64,000 nucleotides of DNA from Auanema rhodensis (lineage: Eukaryota > Animalia > Nematoda): positions 13,950,001-14,014,000 of the forward strand of contig OZ059898.1 of the NCBI GenBank assembly GCA_964057225.1, written 5' to 3'. The notes beneath the pieces were generated by a model. It was not told where the DNA came from. It saw only the letters and a program-made list of their open reading frames with translations, and made no database searches. Position numbers and translations under genes: made by a program. This document shows, piece by piece, positions 34,863 through 48,114 of this stretch. Numbering within the stretch: position 1 is the first letter of the stretch; the number at the start of each line of letters is the position of its first letter.

Positions 34863-35303
34863 TTTGGACTATGAATCCAAGAGTTATTCCAGGGGAATAG
34901 CTGTAGTATTACTCGTTCGACGTGATACAGGAGTTAATACCGTTTAGGAGTATTAACGAAGGTTGATACTCGAAGAGAGTATTATCAGGGTTGAACTTCG
35001 CAGATTTGGGTTAAAAAGGTTTATTAAATAAAGATGGTACAGTGGTAGAAAAGTTAGATTCGAAAGTGAAGGTTTCTTGGGTTTATATATGATTTAGCTT
35101 AAGGGTGATATTTGATATTTGAATAGAAAGGTCACGTTAATGTAAACTATAGAGGTGATAAAAGTTCAACATCCTTTGAGAATGTTGCGCAATAGGTTAA
35201 TGATACAATTATTCGGTTAATAGATAATGGTTTAGTATTTCAGAAGAGTTATGTTTATATTGTAAATCATTATATTTTGTTAATAGTCAGGCATTTGCCG
35301 ACA
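34863..35303 (-). repeat. 5' LTR of element D (TGTCGG...CCAAA)
   Basis: Direct repeat of 26958-27398. Confidence 0.96.
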
Positions 35304-35419
35304 CCACGAACGCTACAATAGGTTGTGAACTATTAGATTAGATGAGTTGACACATCTTTGACTTCATATATAATTACGAATGAAAAGCAGTAACATATTT
35401 TTTTCAAACGTTTCACATC

Positions 35420-38400
35420 CGTTCCATTCGGACTCCCCATATATGTAGCTGAAGGGTTAGAGCCAGACGACCAGAGGACCGAGGAATGGCTCCGCCTTCC
35501 CTCGTTCCCTTGGTCGGGAGTTCGCCTCTTAGCAAGCTCATGGACGGCTTGTAGTTTAGTCTTTATACTTATATTTATCTTATTGTATTGTATCTTTATC
35601 TTTGTATATTATTGTTGTAGTTTCATGCCAATAAATCTTTCTCTCTTTTATCTTATGATTGACCTTATGCTCTTTATTCCTTACCGCTACACCAAGGAAT
35701 ACTATGCGCGTCATAGTATAAACTACAATGGTTTATATTATCGACGCAGGAGCATAACGGAACGTGGAGGTTCCACCTCGAACTCATCTTTTGAAAAAAA
35801 AAAAATTTTTTTTATTGTAAAAGTCCATTTTTGCATTCTAAATTATAAATTCCTCCACTTGAAACAACAAAATGAAGGCGCCAATTTGTTTTAAGGTACA
35901 GATACAAGGGATCTCCCTTAAATGCGAGATAGGACCAATAAAAATTTTTGCCCACCGTCCTCAATTTAAAACCGTCTGAATGTCCACCCTTTTCTATATC
36001 GTATCTTGTACCGCTTCTCATGCCATTTTGAGGACGTTTGGATTGAAATAGAGGACAATTTCGCCAAACGAGAAATTATAATTGTTCACATTTTTTTTTT
36101 GGGCATAGAGAAGTTTGATTATTGGAACAAAAAGTTATAAGACGCGCGCAATTGATTATAGTTTGTATATTTTGTGGTCAGGACTAGAATTTTGAAAAAT
36201 TATTATATTCAGACGTAAAAGATCATTTTACATATTATTTTGCGGGAAACCAAAAACGGTTACATAAATTGAATATAAAAAGAGACCACACTAGTCCGAA
36301 AAAGCCTGGTAAATCTGCAATAAGACTTCTCAGCTCTTATTTGACAGTCAGGTCAAGTTGGCGGAAGCATAACTGCTACGGATTTTATCCCCGTAGATTA
36401 TGTCACCTTCCTCAAATCATTTCGTTGTTTCAACTCATAAGATACCCCTTATTTCCTACAGTAATCCTAAGTAAATTGGAAATGTTTAAAAATAGACGTA
36501 TTTTTCTCATTTTTTAAAAGAAATTCGCTTAGGAAAACGCACTTTTGCTTATTTTGATCAAGAAAAAGGACAGCCTTTTCAATAACTTTCCTCAAACCTC
36601 ATTAGCATGCACAATGTCGAAAACATTTTGAGCAAAACATGCTATTTAAGGGAAAAGGAATGAGGAAAAGATTGCAAACATAAGTCCATTTTCTTGACGA
36701 AAACAGAGCAAAGTGCACAAAAATAAAAACACAGAGTACAAACTTTATTCAGTCAATACCCATATTTGATTTGCAACCGAGTTCGAAACTCAGAGGCAAG
36801 AAACATAGGAGTTTCGCTCGCAATTAAATCTTCACTATATTCTAAACCTCGCGAAACCCTAAGTTCCAAACCAAATAATGAGTCATCATAAACAATATAG
36901 ATTTTAAACAATAATCTATATAATAAATAATAATAAAAATGACTCTTTTCCTGGTACCAGGCCCAAGGACGTGCGGTTAATAAACCGGCCCTACCATTAT
37001 ATACATGAGCGCATAGATCAACTAAGCACCTTCGACCAACAAGCTCCACTTCGGGAGCTACATCTACGAAGGTGGCAAAGTTTATATGGCCCTGCCCCAA
37101 ATAATACATTTGGTGATCTTCGATAAACTAAAGTAATCAAATAATCAAACATAAAATGGAGATACACAAACCATTAAAATTATATCAAGATTTGGCCTAT
37201 AAGCCAAAACTCCTTCTCCATCGTACTCAACGATGGATTCGTATAATTTCCACAGGACATAAGTCATGCCAGTGGGATTATAACGTTGGAAATCCATTTT
37301 TTTTTTCTTTCTTTTCTTTTCTTTTGTTTCTAACCTTAAAATAAATGTCCAAAGGCCGCAAAAGTACAAAGGGGATGACATGAATAAAGTTTTTTTTAAA
37401 GATTCTAGAGCAGTAAGAAAACAAAATTAGAGGAAAGTGCAAGAGCGGATAAAAATAGTTTTTGCGAAGAGATAAACATCATTAACTATAATAAGCTTAC
37501 GGTAGATAGGCGGAGTCAGATTCCTGGCCAGGATTTGAAAAACTCCCTCTCATTTACCCTCCGCATCGCCCAGCAAAGCATGACTATCCTATTGCTCCCG
37601 AATCTTTCTCTCTCCCAACACACATCTAAAAGAATCTTACGCACCTTACGTCAACATCCCACACGTAGCTCACCATTCTCGGTTTTTCCAAACCAAGAGT
37701 CCTATAAAGGTGGCCAAAAGATTCTCATCGGTTTTCCGAGCCCTTTACTCGTCCGATACCAACAGTGACGCTACTGTCGCAAGTCGTCGCAGAAGCCGTA
37801 CCCGACTTCTTAGTGTTCAAATAGAAAAACCGCACCAACCAGCCGAGAAGCCGAAGCCGCAAGTCGACCAGTTTTATACTCCCCGAGAAGGAACATATTC
37901 ACCTTCTGACGACACCTACGAAGATCCGGACTTCATCAAAGCCGACGACAGAAAAAATTTTTATATACATTCTTTTCTTTTCTGTAAATTGTAAAAGGAA
38001 AGTAACGGTGAATTAGAAAACTTTTTGATGAGAGATTAAGTGAGTAAACAACCAAAAATAAGGAATAAGTGAAAATATAATAGAAATAAATGGCTACCGT
38101 AATCCTATACGACCGATAGAGATAAAATTTTGCGCTAAACTGAGCTCCATATGTATCTCCAGGAAGAGACGAACATTGGCAGGCGCCTAAGCCACACCCC
38201 ATCTGAGTGGTAGCCTCCATTAGTACTCAAGGATTCATTCAGAGAGACATATGGAGACGAGTAAATTATTAACTAAAATTATCCCCATCATCATTAGGAT
38301 ACGAGTAACCATGTAACCGAAATGTTTAATAATTCCTTAGTGTCTCACATAAATCACACATTCATGAAACAAAGAATTTTTTTTTATTACAGTACTACAA

Positions 38401-38974
38401 TGACTAAATTTATTTTCTAATCCTCCGTTACAAAATAACATAAAACCTATTATTGTATTCAAATTCTATCTTAATACCATAAAGAAACCTATTAAAACTA
38501 TTTATATATCTTTCTACATGTAGATTTTGAAACTTTTAAATTTATTTGTAAACTCCTAGACTCTAAAACTCAGCTACATATACACTAAAAACTCTTTATA
38601 TCGCGCGGACGCGAAAAATCTTTGAAAAAGGGCACGTTCCATTCGGACTCCCCATATATGTAGCTGAAGGGTTAGAGCCAGACCACCAGAGGACCGAGGA
38701 ATGGCTCCGCCTTCCCTCGTTCCCTTGGTCGGGAGTTCGCCTCTTAGCAAGCTCATGGACGGCTTGTGGTTTAGTCTTTATACTTATATTTATCTTATTG
38801 TATTGTATCTTTATCTTTGTATATTATTGTTGTAGTTTCATGCCAATAAATCTTTCTCTCTTTTATCTTATGATTGACCTTATGCTCTTTATTCCTTACC
38901 GCTACACCAAGGAATACTATGCGCGTCATAGTATAAACTACAATGGTTTATATTATCGACGCAGGAGCATAACG
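35420..38974 (+). mobile_element. Element B copy 2
   Basis: Near-identical to 13213-16771 with the same junctions. LTRs 35420-35764 and 38635-38974; PBS 35765-35777. Confidence 0.88.
36753..37297 (-). CDS. Predicted two-exon antisense ORF in element B2
   Basis: Same structure as 14546-15090 (offset 22207), frame intact. Confidence 0.45.
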
Positions 38975-41900
38975 TTCCACATCGAAAATTCAAAAATGGA
39001 CAAGCTCAAGTATTCTTAAAAAATGAAAAATGTATGCTTTCGGGGGGAATCGAACCCCCGTCGAATGCTTGGAAGGCATCCATGCTGACCATTACACCAC
39101 GAACGCTACGATGGCTCTTGAACTATTTGATTAGATGAGTTGACACATCTTTGACTTCATTGATAATTACGAATGAAAAGCAGTAACATATTTTTTTCAA
39201 ACGTTCCACATCGAAAATTCAAAAATGGACAAGCTCAAGTATTTTCAAAATCTTTGCAACATATTGCAATCAAATCGTTCACAAAAAATGAAAAATGTAT
39301 GCGTTCGGGGGGAATCGAACCCCCGTCGAATGCTTGGAAGGCATCCATGCTGACCATTACACCACGAACGCTACGATGGCTCTTGAACTATTTGATTAGA
39401 TGAGTTGACACATCTTTGACTTCATTGATAATTACGAATGAAAAGCAGTAACATATTTTTTTCAAACGTTTCACATCAAAAATTCAAAAATGGACAAGCT
39501 CAAGTACTTTCAAAATCTTTGCAACATATTGCAAAACCTCAAACCATTCTTAAAAAATGAAAAATGTATGCGTTCGGGGGGAATCGAACCCCCGTCGAAT
39601 GCTTGGAAGGCATCCATGCTGACCATTACACCACGAACGCTACAATAGGTTGTGAACTATTAGATTAGATGAGTTGACACATCTTTGACTTCATATATAA
39701 TTACGAATGAAAAGCAGTAACATATTTTTTTCAAACGTTTCACATCAAAAATTCAAAAATGGACAAGCTCAAGTACTTTCAAAATCTTTGCAACATATTG
39801 CAAAACGTCAAACCATTCTTAAAAAATGAAAAATGTATGCGTTCGGGGGGAATCGAACCCCCGTCGAATGCTTGGAAGGCATCCATGCTGACCATTACAC
39901 CACGAACGCTACGATGGCTCTTGAACTATTAGATTAGATGAGTTGGCACATCTTTGACTTCATTGATAATTACGAATGAAAAGCAGAAACATATTTTTTC
40001 AACGTTTCACATCAAAAAATCAAAAATGGACAAGCTCAAGTATTTTCAAAATCTTTGCAACATATTGCAATCAAATCGTTCACAAAAAATGAAAAATGTA
40101 TGCGTTCGGGGGGAATCGAACCCCCGTCGAATGCTTGGAAGGCATCCATGCTGACCATTACACCACGAACGCTACAATAGGTTGTGAACTATTAGATTAG
40201 GTGAGTTGACACATCTTTGACTTCATTGATAATTACGAATGAAAAGCAGTAACATATTTTTTTCAAACGTTTCACATCGAAAATTCAAAAATGGACAAGC
40301 TCAAGTACTTTCAAAATCTTTGCAACATATTGCAAAACGTCAAACCATTCTTAAAAAATGAAAAATGTATGCGTTCGGGGGAAATCGAACCCCCGTCGAA
40401 TGATTGGAAGGCATCCATGCTGACCATTACACCACGAACGCTACAATAGGTTGTGAACTATTAGATTAGATGAGTTGACACATCTTTGACTTCATTGATA
40501 ATTACGAATGAAAAGCAGTAACATATTTTTTTCAAACGTTTCACATCGAAAATTCAAAAATGGACAAGCTCAAGTACTTTCAAAATCTTTGCAACATATT
40601 GCAAAACGTCAAACCATTCTTAAAAAATGAAAAATGTATGCGTTCGGGGGAAATCGAACCCCCGTCGAATGATTGGAAGGCATCCATGCTGACCATTACA
40701 CCACGAACGCTACGATGGCTCTTGAACTATTTGATTAGATGAGTTGACACATCTTTGACTTCATTGATAATTACGAATGAAAAGCAGTAACATATTTTTT
40801 TCAAACGTTCCACATCGAAAATTCAAAAATGGACAAGCTCAAGTACTTTCAAAATCTTTGCAACATATTGCAAAACGTCAAACCATTCTTAAAAAATGAA
40901 AAATGTATGCGTTCGGGGGGAATCGAACCCCCGTCGAATGCTTGGAAGGCATCCATGCTGACCATTACACCACGAACGCTACGATGGCTCTTGAACTATT
41001 TGATTAGATGAGTTGACACATCTTTGACTTCATTGATAATTACGAATGAAAAGCAGTAACATATTTTTTTCAAACGTTTCACATCAAAAATTCAAAAATG
41101 GACAAGCTCAAGTATTTTCAAAATCTTTGCAACATATTGCAATCAAATCATTCACAAAAAATGAAAAATGTATGCGTTCGGGGGGAATCGAACCCCCGTC
41201 GAATGCTTGGAAGGCATCCATGCTGACCATTACACCACGAACGCTACGATGGCTCTTGAACTATTTGATTAGATGAGTTGACACATCTTTGACTTCATTG
41301 ATAATTACGAATGAAAAGCAGTAACATATTTTTTTCAAACGTTCCACATCGAAAATTCAAAAATGGACAAGCTCAAGTACTTTCAAAATCTTTGCAACAT
41401 ATTGCAAAACGTCAAACCATTCTTAAAAAATGAAAAATGTATGCGTTCGGGGGGAATCGAACCCCCGTCGAATGCTTGGAAGGCATCCATGCTGACCATT
41501 ACACCACGAACGCTACGATGGCTCTTGAACTATTTGATTAGATGAGTTGACACATCTTTGACTTCATTGATAATTACGAATGAAAAGCAGTAACATATTT
41601 TTTTCAAACGTTTCACATCAAAAATTCAAAAATGGACAAGCTCAAGTATTTTCAAAATCTTTGCAACATATTGCAATCAAATCATTCACAAAAAATGAAA
41701 AATGTATGCGTTCGGGGGGAATCGAACCCCCGTCGAATGCTTGGAAGGCATCCATGCTGACCATTACACCACGAACGCTACGATGGCTCTTGAACTATTT
41801 GATTAGATGAGTTGACACATCTTTGACTTCATTGATAATTACGAATGAAAAGCAGTAACATATTTTTTTCAAACGTTCCACATCGAAAATTCAAAAATGG

Positions 41901-42543
41901 ACAAGCTCAAGTACTTTCAAAATCTTTGCAACATATTGCAAAACGTCAAACCATTCTTAAAAAATGAAAAATGTATGCGTTCGGGGGGAATCGAACCCCC
42001 GTCGAATGCTTGGAAGGCATCCATGCTGACCATTACACCACGAACGCTACGATGGCTCTTGAACTATTTGATTAGATGAGTTGACACATCTTTGACTTCA
42101 TTGATAATTACGAATGAAAAGCAGTAACATATTTTTTTCAAACGTTTCACATCAAAAATTCAAAAATGGACAAGCTCAAGTATTTTCAAAATCTTTGCAA
42201 CATATTGCAATCAAATCATTCACAAAAAATGAAAAATGTATGCGTTCGGGGGGAATCGAACCCCCGTCGAATGCTTGGAAGGCATCCATGCTGACCATTA
42301 CACCACGAACGCTACGATGGCTCTTGAACTATTTGATTAGATGAGTTGACACATCTTTGACTTCATTGATAATTACGAATGAAAAGCAGTAACATATTTT
42401 TTTCAAACGTTCCACATCGAAAATTCAAAAATGGACAAGCTCAAGTACTTTCAAAATCTTTGCAACATATTGCAAAACGTCAAACCATTCTTAAAAAATG
42501 AAAAATGTATGCGTTCGGGGGGAATCGAACCCCCGTCGAATGC
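38975..42543 (-). repeat. tRNA-Gly(TCC) array, segment 5 (~13 units)
   Basis: Tandem units including a 534-bp (265+269) dimer run. Confidence 0.98.
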
Positions 42544-45500
42544 GGTAAACTGACAAGTTTACCAAACTTTAGGTTTACCAAACTAGGTTTACCATGCAAT
42601 AGACAAGTTTACCATAGTTATATGGTATACCAGGTTTACCAGGTTTACCAAAGTATACCTAATATTAATTTATGAACACTTTACAAGGTTACCAAGTTTA
42701 CCAAATTTATCAAGTATACCAAAATAGATTAAAAAGAGTTTTGAGTATTTTGAAGAAGTTTCCAGGTATAACAAACAAATACGATAAAGATATGAAAATG
42801 TAAGCTTTTTTTGAAATGATTGATGAGTAATTTTAAAAATATAAGTTTTAAAAAGATATAGTAAGAAAAGTCAAAATCTAAATCATCCTAATCTCAAAAT
42901 TCTTGTAAACTGAAATAGAATCTATTATCAAAGAACCTTAATTCATATGAAATTTCTAAAATGTTTGAAGTAGACTAATATAGAACAATTAAATAAAAAT
43001 AAATATTAATTTTTGACAAGATTGTCTTATAAGTGTTAAAAATATTGTTCATATTTAAGAAAAATGTAACATAAGTTCATTATAACGCGTGTTGAACCCT
43101 CCGGTATACCATATTAATGACACCTACCATCAATTGAATGACAATTGAGCGTCATATATAGTTCATAAAAAAAGCAAAAATTGTGAACATCATCTAGAAC
43201 ATGAAAAATAATTTGATTTTATCAAACCAATTTTAAACTTCAAGTTTAACGCAACCTTCTCAATCTTTCAATCATGAATGCTTTTGAACTTATTTTCGAT
43301 AACAGCATTGCTGTTCTTGATTGCATGCCTGATTTATTGGGCATGCATCAGGGTAAAAATTTTTTCAGGATTTCAAAAAGACAATTTATTGTCTACAAGG
43401 ATATCACTCGGGATATCTTTGTTCCATGGAACAGAAAAGGTCAGTTTTATATTTTCAAGTTTCTATATATAATTTGTTTCAGGAGGCAATGGTCTGCCTG
43501 CTATCAATAACAAGACCTCTTCGAGAGGTTGTAAACTGGTTGACGGGCAATACATCCTTTGCTCGAAGGATGAATGCGCCGAATACTCTTACAGAACAAT
43601 CCGCTGTAAGAAACCAGATATGGATCTTACTAAAGAGGTTTTTTGTTGATTTAAGATATATAATTAATTTTTGTTTTAGATTCATATGATTGTACAAGGC
43701 AAGGAAAAAATTGTTGAGCCGGTGCTTATCATTTATAACGTGCAGGTAGGTTCTCTTATTTTGCTTTTTGCTCTATGTACTATATTTAGGAATCTTTGGA
43801 AAATTTTGTGCCCGCTAAACAGAGAATCCTGCCCTCTGTCAGCATGGAAGTTAAAAATGTTCTGGAAAACAGAACAACAGCTGCTGCTAAGGAAGTGCTA
43901 AAAAATATGGAAATTAGCTCCAGTCAGGTATGGGTCTCATTTAATTCTGCATATCAGCACAAATTGCTTGCTATTTTTCTACATTTTTTTATTTTAGCTG
44001 ACTAGTCTTGCCCGAAGTGTCAGCACCCACATCAAGTCGGGTACTGGCAAAAGATCGCCGAGCGATGTCAATAAACTCGTTGATAGATTCGCGAATGCGA
44101 GTATGAAAGTGGAGCACATGGAACCAATCAAAGTGGAAAGAACAGGTTAAATTAAGTTTTTATCAATTTAATAGTAATGATTTTTTAGATCGTGGTATTG
44201 CCTTCTGCCAGATTGTCGGATACCCGACGGCTTTCAAGCATTTTTGTGCTTGCTTGCCAACGGTTGAAGATATGAACGACCATCTTCGCTTTGTGGACAA
44301 TCTCCAATACATGCCTAAACAGGAGGCAAAGGAAGCATTTGGTGAGTATTTTGTAATTGAGGCATTGAAACTTTTTTAATCTTCCAGTGCGAATTTTGAA
44401 TCAAGTGAATGCTTCCGGAGCTCTACCAACAATAGGAAGTATCATAATGATTGATACTACATTTTCAATCAGTAGTGGCGAATACGTCACTCTAGCCCTC
44501 GGAGTTTCGGATATGTTCACGTAAGTATAGATTATATTAGTTACATCTTTTTTTATAATGTTAATTTAGGTCAAAAAAATCTGGTAAAAACGCTGGCATA
44601 TTGCTTGCATGTATGGTACATAGTACCAAAAACGCTGGCAATCATGAAGCATTCTCGGCATATTTGAACAAAATGCTATCTCAATATGGAAGGAACAAAA
44701 AAGTAGCTGGTTTGTGCCATGATGGTGAAGATGCTTTTAAAGCATACAACACTGTAAGAAATTTTTTTACATAAGGTTTAATTGTTCTTTATTTTAGGGA
44801 TCATTTTTAAAAGATGCTGTGCCGCTAAGATGTTCCGTGCACCGAATGGAGAATATAAAAAGCACATTCGGCAAAGACGATGATGCTGAGAGAAAGGAAC
44901 ATATCCTACATAAACTATTCGGGAGAAAAAAAGAGGTATACTTGATATTGTTTTTGAACACTATTTTTATGTTTTAAGACTGAATATGGAACAATCATGA
45001 GGAAAGGGGCTTTATCGTCCCTAACTCGTGACGAATATGAGAAGAAAATGCAGGATATTATTATGAATTGTGGAGAGAAAACTCGACAATGGTTTGTTTT
45101 ATCAAAATTTTAACTAATGTTTTTTGGATTCAGGCTCATTGCTAATAAAGAAGATTTGTATCAAACAAATAGTTTGATTCAAAAATTAAGAGCTGGGCAA
45201 AGCCAGCAATTTTTTTCCACTAACTTGCTAGAGTCGAGAAACGCTCAGTTAAAAGCAAGAATGCCTCATCCAATTCCTGCTCACCAGGTTTTAGAAAAAA
45301 TGCTGCAAATACATGAAGGTAACTAAACTATTAAAAAAAAGAAAAAATTAATTTCATTATAGAAGAAATCAAAGATCGAATTGGAGCCATTCATCAGAAA
45401 TCGGACAAACTGGCCACTCACTTTCATGTTGAGAACCATGAGTGGTTAGTAATGACACGTATTGAGAAAATGAACAAACTCAAACTTTTTGGTTTGAATG

Positions 45501-46734
45501 ACTTCATTTTTGAAAATACGTTGTCGAACTATCCCTCATGGATGAGTGAGCCAGTAGGAACTAATAATGCTGACGTGTTTTTCGAAACTGTTCAGCGTTT
45601 GGAGGTATTTCCTGCTGCAAAAGCGGGTATATATTTTACCAAAGACAGTACTGGAGCGTAAGCTGAGAAAATTCGTAATAAAGTTTATTATTAATTTTTC
45701 AGATTGGGATGCGTCAATGAAGTTAATAATGAGCTTGTATGCTCAAGCCCAGGATGTTCTCAGCGAAATTGTCCGAAACACGCTCTATGTCATCACAGGT
45801 TTCTTAAATTTATAGTACAATTAAGTATATTTTTGTTTCAGACTAGCTGTTTTCATATCATTGGAGAATGAAAATAAAAAAAATGCAATTGTTGAAAACC
45901 TGGAACGGAAAAGGAACGAGAGAACAGCAAGAGACGTGCAATCCGAGCAATTGAGACCAGCTGACGGGTCTAAATTCGATCAGAGACGATTTGGTTCGCA
46001 ATTCTCCAAAACAAACCGTAAAAGAAACTACTATGACATGGAGTAAGTTTAACACTACTGATCCCGAAATAATTTTTTATTACAGTACGACAGCCGATTC
46101 AGATGAAGAGATTTTGATTCCAGGCCCATCAGGACAACAGGATCGCTACTACTCACTTTCATAAAGTGCCGTAGCTACAAAAATCGGATATTAATAAACT
46201 TGAATAAGGTGAGTGAACTAACATATTTCAAACTATATATTTAATTTCATTTACAATATTGATCCATCACACACTCTCACCAAATTGAAAATCATTATTA
46301 AAAGGTCAGTTAGAACGATTGCTTAACATCTTTAATGAACACTTTTCATGTATGCAACAGCTCCACAAAAAGAAAACATGCGAAACGGAAAGTTTTTTAA
46401 AAATTAAATTTCGATTCTTTTAACACTTCATGTTCAACTAATGTAAAAAATTTTTTCCTGATAGTATAATCTCTAATTTGAAAAAAACATAAAATTTCAA
46501 ACTACAACTTTTGTATTTTGGTATACTTAGTATAAAGATATTTTTTTTGGTAAACTTGGTATACTTGATCAATTTGGTAAACTTGGTAACCTTGTAAAGT
46601 GTTCATAAATTAATATTAGGTATACTTTGGTAAACCTGGTAAACCTGGTATACCATATAACTATGGTAAACTTGTCTATTGCGTGGTAAACCTAGTTTGG
46701 TAAACCTAAAGTTTGGTAAACTTGTCAGTTTGCC
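42544..46734 (+). mobile_element. Element C copy 2: Mutator/MULE DNA transposon
   Basis: Near-identical to 22195-26385 (offset 20349), with the same 9-bp TSD GTCGAATGC. Confidence 0.94.
43274..46164 (+). CDS. MULE transposase copy 2, ~15 exons
   Basis: Same splice model and DDE/CxxH/SWIM-like motifs; one visible substitution (TTT to TGT near 45771). Confidence 0.85.
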
Positions 46735-48042
46735 GTCGAATGCTTGGAAGGCATCCATGCTGACCATTACACCACGAACGCTACAATAGGTTGTGAACTA
46801 TTAGATTAGATGAGTTGACACATCTTTGACTTCATTGATAATTACGAATGAAAAGCAGTAACATATTTTTTTCAAACGTTTCACATCAAAAATTCAAAAA
46901 TGGACAAGCTCAAGTATTTTCAAAATCTTTGCAACATATTGCAATCAAATCATTCACAAAAAATGAAAAATGTATGCGTTCGGGGGGAATCGAACCCCCG
47001 TCGAATGCTTGGAAGGCATCCATGCTGACCATTACACCACGAACGCTACGATGGCTCTTGAACTATTAGATTAGATGAGTTGACACATCTTTGACTTCAT
47101 TGATAATTACGAATGAAAAGCAGTAACATATTTTTTTCAAACGTTTCACATCAAAAATTCAAAAATGGACAAGCTCAAGTATTTTCAAAATCTTTGCAAC
47201 ATATTGCAATCAAATCATTCACAAAAAATGAAAAATGTATGCGTTCGGGGGGAATCGAACCCCCGTCGAATGCTTGGAAGGCATCCATGCTGACCATTAC
47301 ACCACGAACGCTACGATGGCTCTTGAACTATTTGATTAGATGAGTTGACACATCTTTGACTTCATTGATAATTACGAATGAAAAGCAGTAACATATTTTT
47401 TTCAAACGTTTCACATCAAAAATTCAAAAATGGACAAGCTCAAGTATTTTCAAAATCTTTGCAACGTATTGCAAAACGTCAAATCATTCAGCAAAAATGA
47501 AAAATGTATGCGTTCGGGGGGAATCGAACCCCCGTCGAATGCTTGGAAGGCATCCATGCTGACCATTACACCACGAACGCTACAATAGGTTGTGAACTAT
47601 TAGATTAGATGAGTTGACACATCTTTGACTTCATTGATAATTACGAATGAAAAGCAGTAACATATTTTTTTCAAACGTTTCACATCGAAAATTCAAAAAT
47701 GGACAAGCTCAAGTACTTTCAAAATCTTTGCAACATATTGCAAAACGTCAAACCATTCGTAAAAAATGAAAAATGTATGCGTTCGGGGGAAATCGAACCC
47801 CCGTCGAATGATTGGAAGGCATCCATGCTGACCATTACACCACGAACGCTACAATAGGTTGTGAACTATTAGATTAGATGAGTTGACACATCTTTGACTT
47901 CATTGATAATTACGAATGAAAAGCAGTAACATATTTTTTTCAAACGTTTCACATCAAAAATTCAAAAATGGACAAGCTCAAGTATTTTCAAAATCTTTGC
48001 GACATATTGCAATCAAATCATTCACAAAAAATGAAAAATGTA

Positions 48043-48114
48043 TGCGTTCGGGGGGAATCTAACCCCCGTCGAATGCTTGGAAGGCATCCATGCTGATCAT
48101 TACACCACGAACGC
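48043..48114 (-). pseudogene. tRNA-Gly pseudogene with A-box G19A and B-box C56A (also 48574-48645, 49374-49445, 49640-49711)
   Basis: + strand AATCTAACC (B box becomes GGTTAGATT) and TGATCATT (D loop becomes TGAT). Confidence 0.8.

Larger units (their letters stand above)
26958..35303 (-). mobile_element. Element D: intact autonomous BEL/Pao LTR retrotransposon with env (endogenous belpaovirus)
   Basis: 441-bp LTRs at 26958-27398 and 34863-35303, identical by eye. 5-bp TSD CCACG (26953-26957, 35304-35308). PBS TGGTGCATCG. Single 2405-aa ORF. Confidence 0.97.

Noticed and set aside
42535-42543. Two MULEs (and two B elements) at identical target sites as proof of site-specific insertion
   Set aside because: Shared private mutations and flanking haplotypes show segmental duplication of single insertions, so each was counted once.
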